DNA from: an uncultured Anaerolineales bacterium
GTDB taxonomy: Bacteria > Chloroflexota > Anaerolineae > UBA1429
Assembly: GCA_964651255.1 (NCBI GenBank)
Contig: CAZYWU010000002.1
Span: 82,038 to 145,638, forward strand
Reading direction: 5' to 3'
DNA: 63,601 nt
Under the pieces are notes generated by a model. That model saw only the letters and a program-made list of their open reading frames with translations. It searched no databases and was not told the DNA's origin. The position numbers were made by a program, and so were the translations under genes. Of this stretch, positions 17,788 to 26,242 are shown piece after piece. Position 1 is the first letter of the stretch. Each line of letters begins with the position of its first letter.

Positions 17788-18893
17788 TGGCCATTCCGAA
17801 CACTGAACATCTCAAAGAGGCCTTACGGACCCGCCTGGCGGCCCTCACAGCTCTGGACGGGGTGTCAGGCCACGAACAGGCCGTCGTGGCCTATCTGAGG
17901 GATGCCTTCACACCGCTTGCGGACGAGGTGCGTGTCGATCACATGGGAAACGTCTACGCGACGCTGCATGGGCAAGGCCGCGCGCCCCACTTGATGCTCG
18001 AGGCACACTCGGATGAGATCGGCGCGATGGTCAAGAGCATCGAGCCGGATGGGTATCTGCGCATCCTGGGTGTTGGGGGCGTCTCACCGGCGATGCTCAC
18101 CGGCCGAAATGTACGCGTGCGTGGCCACCACGGGGTGATCGGCGTCAAATCCGGGCACCTGCAAACGCCGGAGGAACGCAAGCGCGTGGCTGAAGTGCAG
18201 GAACTCTACGTGGACGTCGGCGCCGACACGGCAGCCCAGGTGGCGGCGCTGGGGATTCGTGTAGGCGACGCAGTGGCCTACGACAGCCCGCTCATCAGCT
18301 ATTCTCGCTCTGATCGCGTCTCCGGCAAGGCCATCGACAACCGCATCGGTTGTTCGGTGCTGCTGCAACTGCTCGAGCAGCTGGAACACAGGGCGCCCGC
18401 AGGCACCCTGACCATCGTCATCTCGGTGCAAGAGGAGATCGGTTTGCGGGGTGCTCATGTTGCGGCTTACTCGGTCAACCCCGACTATGCCATCGCCGTC
18501 GACACCTTCATGTCCGGCGACACACCCGATGTGGACTATCATCGGGAGCTCTCGGCAGCCATCGGGCAGGGCCCTGTGCTGCTGTTGGCCAATAGCGCCC
18601 ACATCGGGCACCCGGCGGTGAACCGGTTCTTGCGGCAGGCAGCTCAGGCAGTCGGCGTCACGCTGCAAGAGAGCATGGTCGGACAGGGCATGGCGGCGAC
18701 AGACGCCGGAGCCATCCATCTCGCGCGCTCGGGCATCCCCACCGCAGGCCTCAGTCTGGCACGACGGTACTCGCACACTCCGATCTGTACCCTTGATCTT
18801 AACGATGCCGCCGAGGCCGTGTTGGTGTTGCACAGGTTTGTTGACAGCATGGAACAGCACGCCGACCTCAGCTTTTTCGCGGACGAGCGGTGA
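17787..18893 (+). CDS. M42 family metallopeptidase
   Basis: AHSDEIG, KAIDNRIG, VQEEIGLRGA, AVD, RYSHTP. Confidence 0.9.
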   Translation: MAIPNTEHLKEALRTRLAALTALDGVSGHEQAVVAYLRDAFTPLADEVRVDHMGNVYATLHGQGRAPHLMLEAHSDEIGAMVKSIEPDGYLRILGVGGVSPAMLTGRNVRVRGHHGVIGVKSGHLQTPEERKRVAEVQELYVDVGADTAAQVAALGIRVGDAVAYDSPLISYSRSDRVSGKAIDNRIGCSVLLQLLEQLEHRAPAGTLTIVISVQEEIGLRGAHVAAYSVNPDYAIAVDTFMSGDTPDVDYHRELSAAIGQGPVLLLANSAHIGHPAVNRFLRQAAQAVGVTLQESMVGQGMAATDAGAIHLARSGIPTAGLSLARRYSHTPICTLDLNDAAEAVLVLHRFVDSMEQHADLSFFADER

Positions 18894-20788
18894 CCATGCC
18901 CGTTCCTGGCCAGCGCGAGACCTGGCCGGTGCGCCTCCTGCTGGGCCTGGGGCTGACGCTGGCAACGTTGCTCATGATAGCGGGGCTCGCCCTGCTGGGC
19001 TATGGCTACTATTACAGCGACAGGATCCTGCCCGGCCTGAGCGTCCAGCATGTCCCTGTGGGCGGTTTGTCGCGACAGCAGGCTCTTTTAAGGCTGGAAG
19101 AGGCGCTGGTGGTTCAGGAGTTACCCTATGTGCGACTGGAGGGCGAGGATCAGGCCTGGATCTATTCCACGGCTACGCTGGGCGGGTCCCTCGATCTCAA
19201 AGGCGCAGTGGAACAGGCGTGGCGTATCGGACGGGGAGAGATCTTTAGGTGGGATCTGGTCACACGCGCCCGGTTGCTCTGGCGTGGCTACAATATCGTG
19301 CCGGCCTTTCAGCTCGAACCCGGCTTGAGCCTTGAGCCACTCCGCCGGATCGCCCTGCAGACCGGCACCCCGCCCCGCCGGGCGCAGGTATGGGTAGCCG
19401 GACTGGATGTGAATAACAGCGACGCGCAGACGGGCCGGGATCTCGACATCGCGGCAGCACAGGCAGCCATTGTGGCCGCAGTACGTGAGGCGCTTGGCGT
19501 GTCGTCCTGGAACGACGAGCCCCGCTGGCACCTGTTGCTGGGAGACAGCGCCCCCCGCACCGGCCATTTTCCCGTGGACCCGATACCCGTCACTCTCACC
19601 TTTATCGACTTGAACCCCGAGATGGCCGAGGTCAGCGCAGCCTACGGACGCGCGGCGACGATCCTCAGCGCGCCAGTGACCCTGTGGTACGAGGAACCGG
19701 CAGCCGACGGCAGAGCGGAGATAGTACGAAGAACCTGGGCCGTCGATCGTTCTACGCTGGCTGACTGGTTGATTATGTCCAGTGCCGCTGGTGGATCGGT
19801 CACTCCGGAAGTAACGGTAGACCGCGACGCACTCGACAGCTTTGTTGCGAACCTGGCTGCGCAGATCGATCGCCCTGCCCGCCAGGGCCGCTTTCATTAC
19901 GAGCCCGAAGCCGCTCTGCTAACTCCAGTAGTGCCCGAGCAGACTGGACGCAGCCTCGATGTGCAGCGCACGGTCGATCTCCTCGAGCAGGCCTGCCTCA
20001 GTGACTCCCAGCGTAGCATCGAACTACCGGTGACCATTACCGATCCCCCGGTCACGTTGGCTCAGCTGGAGGCGATGCTCCCGCTCGACCTGATCAGCAC
20101 AGGAGAGACCAGCTTTGCAGGCTCCGATGAGGCGCGCCTGCACAACATCTCGCTGGCCACAGCCCGACTGCATGGCGTTGCCGTTGGCGCAAACAGCCGC
20201 TTTTCTTTCGTGGAGCACGTCGGACAGGTCACCATTGCGAGCGGCTACACCGAGGGATGGGTCATTACCGGAGGGGAAACTGTACTGGGCCCCGGAGGCG
20301 GCGTCTGCCAGGTAGGGACCACTTTCTTCAGGGCAGCCTTCTGGGGCGGCTATCCGATCGTCGAGCGGACACCGCACGCGTACCGCGTCTCATGGTACGA
20401 GCCTCCCGTGGGGCTGGACGCTGCCGTCTTTACACCCTATGTGGATATCAAATTCGATAACGATCAGGGTACCCCGATTCTGATCCAGACCGAGGTCGAT
20501 CGGGCCTCGGGCAAGCTATACTTTCGGTTCTATGGCCGGTCGCCCAATCGCAAGGTGACCCTAGAAGGGCCCATTCTGGGCGCTACAACGCCCGCAGGGG
20601 ATCCGGTGATCGAGATCGATCCCTCGCTGGCGCCGGGCCAGCGGGTGCAGGTGGAGACCGCACGTGACGGCATCACCGTGACTGTGTACAGGGTCATCGA
20701 GGTTGACGGCACGGTCGTCTCGCGGGAAGAGTTCTTGAGCGAATACGAGCCGTGGCCCGCCCGCTACCGAGAGGGGCCACAGCAGTAG
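18890..20788 (+). CDS. VanW family protein with N-terminal TM, PG-binding-like regions and C-terminal G5-like domain
   Basis: N-terminal hydrophobic anchor; R..NI.LA...L.G, FSF, GGGVCQVGTTFF, ERTPH; C-terminal G..V...R.I...G pattern. Confidence 0.85.
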   Translation: MTMPVPGQRETWPVRLLLGLGLTLATLLMIAGLALLGYGYYYSDRILPGLSVQHVPVGGLSRQQALLRLEEALVVQELPYVRLEGEDQAWIYSTATLGGSLDLKGAVEQAWRIGRGEIFRWDLVTRARLLWRGYNIVPAFQLEPGLSLEPLRRIALQTGTPPRRAQVWVAGLDVNNSDAQTGRDLDIAAAQAAIVAAVREALGVSSWNDEPRWHLLLGDSAPRTGHFPVDPIPVTLTFIDLNPEMAEVSAAYGRAATILSAPVTLWYEEPAADGRAEIVRRTWAVDRSTLADWLIMSSAAGGSVTPEVTVDRDALDSFVANLAAQIDRPARQGRFHYEPEAALLTPVVPEQTGRSLDVQRTVDLLEQACLSDSQRSIELPVTITDPPVTLAQLEAMLPLDLISTGETSFAGSDEARLHNISLATARLHGVAVGANSRFSFVEHVGQVTIASGYTEGWVITGGETVLGPGGGVCQVGTTFFRAAFWGGYPIVERTPHAYRVSWYEPPVGLDAAVFTPYVDIKFDNDQGTPILIQTEVDRASGKLYFRFYGRSPNRKVTLEGPILGATTPAGDPVIEIDPSLAPGQRVQVETARDGITVTVYRVIEVDGTVVSREEFLSEYEPWPARYREGPQQ

Positions 20789-20831
20789 AGGTGGACCCTC
20801 TGTCGCACAAGACCAGATAGGAGCAAGTGCC

Positions 20832-21929
20832 ATGGCACTGCAACTGGGACTGGTGGGACTGCCCAATGTTGGCAAGACTACCCTGTTCAACGCTCTAACA
20901 CGCGCCGGCGCGATGGTTGCCAGCTATCCCTTTACCACCATCGACCCCAATGTGGGGGTTGTACCTGTCCCTGACCCCCGCCTTGACCGCATTGCAGAGA
21001 TCATCGCTCCCCAGGAAGTGGTGCCCGCTAGTATGCGCGTGGTGGACATCGCCGGACTGGTGCGTGGCGCCAATACTGGAGAAGGCCTTGGCAACCAGTT
21101 CCTCTCGCACATTCGGGCCGTCGACGCGATCGCCATGGTGGTGCGCTGTTTTGAGAGCGGCGAGGTAGCACATGTAACCGAGGTCCTGGATCCGATAGAG
21201 GATATCGAGACCGTACAGCTGGAGTTGATCCTGTCTGACCTGGCGCTGCTGGAAAGACACATGGAGCGCGTTCAGACAAGGGCCAAGGCTGCACCCCGCG
21301 AATACGCCCACGAGATCGCCGCGCTGGATAGCATCGCCTATCGTCTACAGAGTGGACAATGGCTTCAAAAGGAGACGCTGGACGAACACGAGATTCAGGC
21401 AATCGCCGGATTGGACCTTCTGACGATCAAACCGCTGATCTATGTCGCTAACGTTGACGAGCATAACCTGCCCGACGGTGGCGCACTGGCGTCCAGGGTC
21501 AGCAGTTACGCCGCTGCCCATGGCAGTCCCTGTGTGATCGTGTGTGCCCAGGTAGAGGCAGACCTGGCGGAGTTCCCGCCTGAAGAGGCCGCCCTCCTGG
21601 CACAGGAGATGGGGATTGGGGTTGGCGGGCTCCGGCAGCTGATTGCTGTGGGGTATCGTACGCTCGACTATATCACCTTCTTTACTACCACCGGAGAAAA
21701 GCAGGTACGCGCCTGGGAGCTCCAGCGGGGCAAAACCGCCCTCGATGCTGCCGCCCGTGTGCACTCTGACCTGGCTCGTGGATTCATCCGGGCCGAAGTG
21801 GTCAGCTTCGCTGCGCTGGACAGGGTCGGCTCAATCGCGCGTGCCCGCGAACAGGGGCTGCTCCGTCTTGAGGGACGCGACTATGTGGTCGAGGATGGCG
21901 ACATCATCCACATCCGGTTCGCGCTCTAG
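20832..21929 (+). CDS. ychF: Redox-regulated ATPase YchF (canonical)
   Basis: GLPNVGKTT, YPFTTIDPN, DIAGLVRGA, GEGLGNQFL, NVDE, GFIRAEVV, EGRDYVVEDGD. Confidence 0.95.
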   Translation: MALQLGLVGLPNVGKTTLFNALTRAGAMVASYPFTTIDPNVGVVPVPDPRLDRIAEIIAPQEVVPASMRVVDIAGLVRGANTGEGLGNQFLSHIRAVDAIAMVVRCFESGEVAHVTEVLDPIEDIETVQLELILSDLALLERHMERVQTRAKAAPREYAHEIAALDSIAYRLQSGQWLQKETLDEHEIQAIAGLDLLTIKPLIYVANVDEHNLPDGGALASRVSSYAAAHGSPCVIVCAQVEADLAEFPPEEAALLAQEMGIGVGGLRQLIAVGYRTLDYITFFTTTGEKQVRAWELQRGKTALDAAARVHSDLARGFIRAEVVSFAALDRVGSIARAREQGLLRLEGRDYVVEDGDIIHIRFAL

Positions 21930-23149
21930 TTCTCACCCGCACTCCAGTGAAATGACACCTGCTCTGCCCGCGAGCTGAGCGCGACTGGCGCTGCACTGTC
22001 CGAAACATCGACGAGCCGAACCGTCCAGGAATACCAGCCCTCCGCCCCAAAAGTGACAACGTGCTGGCGCTCTCGCGTCATGGTCCTTGCCTCCGGTTCA
22101 CCACCGGGCGGCTGAAGCAGCACCTCAAAGCGTTCGTCGGGCCCGAGCTCAGCCATCCATTCCCAGACGAGCGCCACCTCTGAACCCGTGATACGCGCGC
22201 CATTGTACGGTGCCACCAGCTCCGGGGGTGAATAGACAAAGCTCTGCTCAGAGCCCTCCAACTCGCTCACGACTGGAGTCAGTCCTGCGGTGGGCGTCGG
22301 CTCTGGGAAAAAGTAGAGCTGAAGATACCCGGGCAGCGCGGTCAGATCGATCCGAGTGCCGGTCGCCCAGACTGAGACCAGCACCGCCACCAGCGCGATG
22401 AGACCGGCTACAAGTACCGGTGACGCACCTTCGCGTCGCATGCGCGGCTTTACTACGGGGGCTGGCTCGATTTCTGAGCGTGCCGGTTCGGGAACCTCCG
22501 GCACCGGGGAGATCTGGGCAAAGCGAATGGCCATCAACGGCGTGTCAGCGCCAACGCGACCGGTCCGCTCCAACGAACGTGCTGCCGCCCCTGCCGATTT
22601 GGCCTGGCGCGCAACCCGCGAGAGGGCCCCTGCGCTGATCTTGTCTGCTGCGGACCTGTTCGTGAGCAGCATCAGATCTCCCTTGACCACGCGCCAGACG
22701 GTTGAATATAGCGCCGGTATCTGTCCGGCGCCCGGGTGCTCCGTGAGGGAGACGCGAAAGCCCCTCTGACTGGCGAGCGGGTCAAAAAGATCGCGCACCA
22801 CGCTGTAACGCGCCAGGCGCACAACGGCCTCAGCGCTTCCGACGATGTACACATCCAACCCGCGCTGAACCGCGAGAAGTGGAACCCGGCTATGCAGATC
22901 CGCATGATCGCGATAGGCTTGCGACAGGCTATGCAATAGCGTCGGTATGGCGTCAAAGGAACGACTGCCGTAATAGTCGCGGCAGATCCAGGCGAGCGCC
23001 TGAGGATCCGCATTTTCCGTTGCCAGCAGAATCAGGCGACCCTTGCGCTGCACCAGCAACGGATCGAGATCCTGGCACAGATCCTCCACGGATACCTGTA
23101 GCGTGTGTGCGCCGTATCCCACCTCTGTAGACTGGCTGTCCAACATCAT
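21926..23149 (-). CDS. Membrane-anchored protein with degenerate PP2C-like N-domain and extracytoplasmic beta domain
   Basis: Spacing of ED / GRLILLATEN / RDYY / GDLMLLTNR / GADT mirrors PP2C motifs but without the metal-binding Asp residues. One TM (VLVAGLIALVAVLVSVW), then a PTPT linker. Confidence 0.55.
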   Translation of the reverse strand: MMLDSQSTEVGYGAHTLQVSVEDLCQDLDPLLVQRKGRLILLATENADPQALAWICRDYYGSRSFDAIPTLLHSLSQAYRDHADLHSRVPLLAVQRGLDVYIVGSAEAVVRLARYSVVRDLFDPLASQRGFRVSLTEHPGAGQIPALYSTVWRVVKGDLMLLTNRSAADKISAGALSRVARQAKSAGAAARSLERTGRVGADTPLMAIRFAQISPVPEVPEPARSEIEPAPVVKPRMRREGASPVLVAGLIALVAVLVSVWATGTRIDLTALPGYLQLYFFPEPTPTAGLTPVVSELEGSEQSFVYSPPELVAPYNGARITGSEVALVWEWMAELGPDERFEVLLQPPGGEPEARTMTRERQHVVTFGAEGWYSWTVRLVDVSDSAAPVALSSRAEQVSFHWSAGEN

Positions 23150-23188
23150 CCCTTCAGCACCAGGTAATTCACGTTGACTCGGACGCTG

Positions 23189-25213
23189 TCATTCCTGCAC
23201 AGGGATCAGGACGCTGACAGGGACGCGATAAAGCCCTCCACTGGTACTCACCCAGAGGCTATCGTTACCATCATTCAGCACATGCTCCGCACCGGGAAGG
23301 TCGACATAGGCCCAGTCGGCCTCCTCTGGCTGCCGTCGGGAGAGGCCGGCACGCGTGGCCATCCATAGATCACCGCTGGGTCCAACCGAGACATCGCGCA
23401 TATCCATGTCGCGCAGCCCCCCACCGGTGCTTTCGACGGTGAACCGGGTCCAACGGCCGTCGGGCCTGTGTCGCGCCAATCCACTGGCCGTGGCCACCCA
23501 GACGTTTCCATCACTATCGATGCTCAAGCCGCGCACGTCATCGCTGAGCAGCCCATTGTCCCTGGTGAACAGCGTTTGCGCCCCATCCGGCGCCAGGTGC
23601 AGCAGCCCTGCAGCAGTCGCTACCCATGTGCCTCCCAGGGGATCGACCAGCACAGCACGCGGGTGAGACCCGGTCGCAGTCAGGATGTCGCTCTGCTCCT
23701 GTAGCGTCTGCCCGTCGTGCAGCAGCAGCTTGCCGTCGGTGGTCAGCACCCTCACGTCACCATCGGGGCCAAAAGCGGCCGAGGAAACACCCGGGATCTC
23801 ATAGACAACGGGGTCCAGGCCTCTTCTGCCAATCGGCTGCAGCCCCTCGGCCGTTGCAGCCCACACTTGCCCGGCTCCGTCTACTCCCAACCATGCGACC
23901 GCGACGTCTGTGGCCAGCTCAGTGGTCCCCTCCTGATCGATCCACGAGACACCTCTCGGCGTGGCAACGAACACCGCCCCGCTCGAATCTATGGCCAATC
24001 CTGTGATACGGTTGTCTGGCAGGGGCGAAGGCACCTCCCACGGTCCCTCGAGAGACTCGGACTCCGGGTCCAGGCGCCAGAGGCCGGTCTGGCTGCCAAT
24101 CCAAAGAAAACCCTCGTCATCTCTGGCAAAGCATAGCACGGTAACGCCATCGACAGCGAGGGCGTGAAATCGGCGTTGCGGCGCATGATAGCTGAGCATA
24201 TCCCGCCCGGCCACCCAGAGCGTGCCATCCGCGAGAATCTCCAGCGCGTGCGAGCGCGACGGTATGGCCGGATTGATGTCTGGCAGGTGGCCCTCCCAGC
24301 GCTGGTCGACGGGATCAAACCGGATCAATCCCCCGCGCTCCTTGCCAGCAAAGGTCATCCAGAGTGTGCCCTCCGCATCGACAGCGATGTCGGTAACGTC
24401 CTCAGCCGTCTCGATCTCTGAGAAGAAAGTATGGTCCTGCCACCACAGCTCGCCCTCTTCCGCATAGGCGATGCCATCGCCAACCGCCCAGACTCGCCCG
24501 GCACTGGAGATGCCCACAAACCGGTTGCCTGGCGTCAGCCCGTTGTCGGTGCCATAGACGCGCCATCGCGCCCCGTCGTAGGCCTCCACCTGGCCATCCA
24601 GCCTGGGTTGCCACAGCCAACCGCTCTCCGGCCGGTTGACCCACATCCGAGGGTGAGTACGCTCCGAGTTGAGTAGAGCACTGTATTCACTGCTCACTGC
24701 TTCGCGCCGGCTGGCATAGTGGACCCAACCGCCATCGAGGCGCACCGTATACCCGTCCACGTCAGCATAGCTCACCCACAGCCTGCCCTGATTGTCTACA
24801 GCCAGCCCCTGCACGGCTTGTGACGGCAGTCCGTCCTGCATCCCATAGATGCGATAGTCACCGCCCGGGGTCCAGGCGACCAGACCGCCATAGGTCGCCG
24901 CCCACAGGATGCCGCCGTTCATGACCGCATCATGAATGCTGTTGGGATTGGACCAGTATTGCACGCTATTGGCAACCAGGTCCAGGCGATTCGCCGGGGT
25001 CTCCGTCTCTTGCGGCAGCGCGCCCAACGTCGGGACGGGTGTCCCCGTCGGGCGCGCCAGAGGTGTAGCTGTTCTGACGGCCCGAGTCACAGATGGCGCG
25101 GTCGGCGTTGGCTGCTCGATCCAATAGGCGTTACACCCCATACTGCACGCAGCAATCGCGAGCAGAGCAGTGGCGAGTAACAACCGATGGGGGTAAGAGG
25201 CTGAGCTTTTCAT
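23189..25213 (-). CDS. Putative lipoprotein with two-component-regulator-type beta-propeller repeats
   Basis: Signal peptide with candidate lipobox Cys (LAIAAC or SMGC), PT-rich linker, repeated GLPS/GLLSDDV..L.ID..G..W.AT..GL. No kinase domain. Confidence 0.8.
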   Translation of the reverse strand: MKSSASYPHRLLLATALLAIAACSMGCNAYWIEQPTPTAPSVTRAVRTATPLARPTGTPVPTLGALPQETETPANRLDLVANSVQYWSNPNSIHDAVMNGGILWAATYGGLVAWTPGGDYRIYGMQDGLPSQAVQGLAVDNQGRLWVSYADVDGYTVRLDGGWVHYASRREAVSSEYSALLNSERTHPRMWVNRPESGWLWQPRLDGQVEAYDGARWRVYGTDNGLTPGNRFVGISSAGRVWAVGDGIAYAEEGELWWQDHTFFSEIETAEDVTDIAVDAEGTLWMTFAGKERGGLIRFDPVDQRWEGHLPDINPAIPSRSHALEILADGTLWVAGRDMLSYHAPQRRFHALAVDGVTVLCFARDDEGFLWIGSQTGLWRLDPESESLEGPWEVPSPLPDNRITGLAIDSSGAVFVATPRGVSWIDQEGTTELATDVAVAWLGVDGAGQVWAATAEGLQPIGRRGLDPVVYEIPGVSSAAFGPDGDVRVLTTDGKLLLHDGQTLQEQSDILTATGSHPRAVLVDPLGGTWVATAAGLLHLAPDGAQTLFTRDNGLLSDDVRGLSIDSDGNVWVATASGLARHRPDGRWTRFTVESTGGGLRDMDMRDVSVGPSGDLWMATRAGLSRRQPEEADWAYVDLPGAEHVLNDGNDSLWVSTSGGLYRVPVSVLIPVQE

Positions 25214-25265
25214 CCCAACATCGTAGCCAAGACACACGCCACCTGCAACTCGAGCAACTGACGCG

Positions 25266-26219
25266 TTACGGTGCCGCCAGAACGCGGGCGGGGTTTTCGA
25301 TCAGAAGCGTTTCCATGGTCCGGCTGTTCACGCCCGCCGCACGCAGCGCGGGCAAAAAATCGTCCATCAAAGCGGTCATGGGTCGGATCTGCCCGCCAGC
25401 AGGCTCGCCGACGTGATACCAGCCTGCATCCTGCGAGATCAGTAACTGCCTCTCAAAGCCACGATCCAGCATCTCGACAAGGAGCGCGACATGTCGCTCT
25501 ATCGGCGACCAGCCAATGCTGTCGTATTCGAGCCAGACGCCACGCTCCAGCAATGCCTGGTGCGTATCGAGCACCTGCCTCCATTCCTGATGCGCCGGGT
25601 TCACGTCTGCGCCGATCTGATCCGCATGTGCGACGATGTACTTGTTCGGGTTCATGCCGTGCGCCTCGATGAGATCCAGACTCTGTTGCGCTGCCTGAGC
25701 ATCGCCCGTGTGCGCCATCACCGCGAGTCCTGTATCCATATGCGTGATTGCAGCCGCCCGCACGATGGTCTCTTGCACAGGTAACAGCACACCGGGATTG
25801 ACAGCGATCTTGATCAACCCCGGCCGAATACTCGTCTCGTCTATACCATCGATGAACTCGCGAACCCAGCGCTGTGCCAACCGTGCAGGCTCGCTAGCAA
25901 AAACCCACTCTGGCAGGTAAGGCTCTTTGTAAAAGCCCGTGTTGGTGACAATCTGCAGGCCAGCCGCCGTACTGAGTTTGCGTAACAGCTCCGGATCTCG
26001 ACCCAGATAGGCGGGAGTGCACTCCACCAGTGTGCTGACCCCCTGCCGGACGATCGCCTGCAGATAGGGAAGCATCACGGTGGCCACCTCGGAACGGTTC
26101 CAGCGGTGTGGCCCTGTAACAGCCGCACCGCCGAAATCCACCATCACATGCTCGTGCATCAATGTGGTCCCCAGGCGCTCCGGCGCGACCGGACCACTGA
26201 CTGTGTAGATCCTGCTCAT
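25266..26219 (-). CDS. Phosphotriesterase-family amidohydrolase
   Basis: TLMHEH, VECTP..LGRD, TNTG, IKIA (carbamylated Lys), HTG, AHAD, ISQDAG. Confidence 0.9.
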   Translation of the reverse strand: MSRIYTVSGPVAPERLGTTLMHEHVMVDFGGAAVTGPHRWNRSEVATVMLPYLQAIVRQGVSTLVECTPAYLGRDPELLRKLSTAAGLQIVTNTGFYKEPYLPEWVFASEPARLAQRWVREFIDGIDETSIRPGLIKIAVNPGVLLPVQETIVRAAAITHMDTGLAVMAHTGDAQAAQQSLDLIEAHGMNPNKYIVAHADQIGADVNPAHQEWRQVLDTHQALLERGVWLEYDSIGWSPIERHVALLVEMLDRGFERQLLISQDAGWYHVGEPAGGQIRPMTALMDDFLPALRAAGVNSRTMETLLIENPARVLAAP

Positions 26220-26242
26220 ATCCCTTTTCCGTCGTGAGAGAA

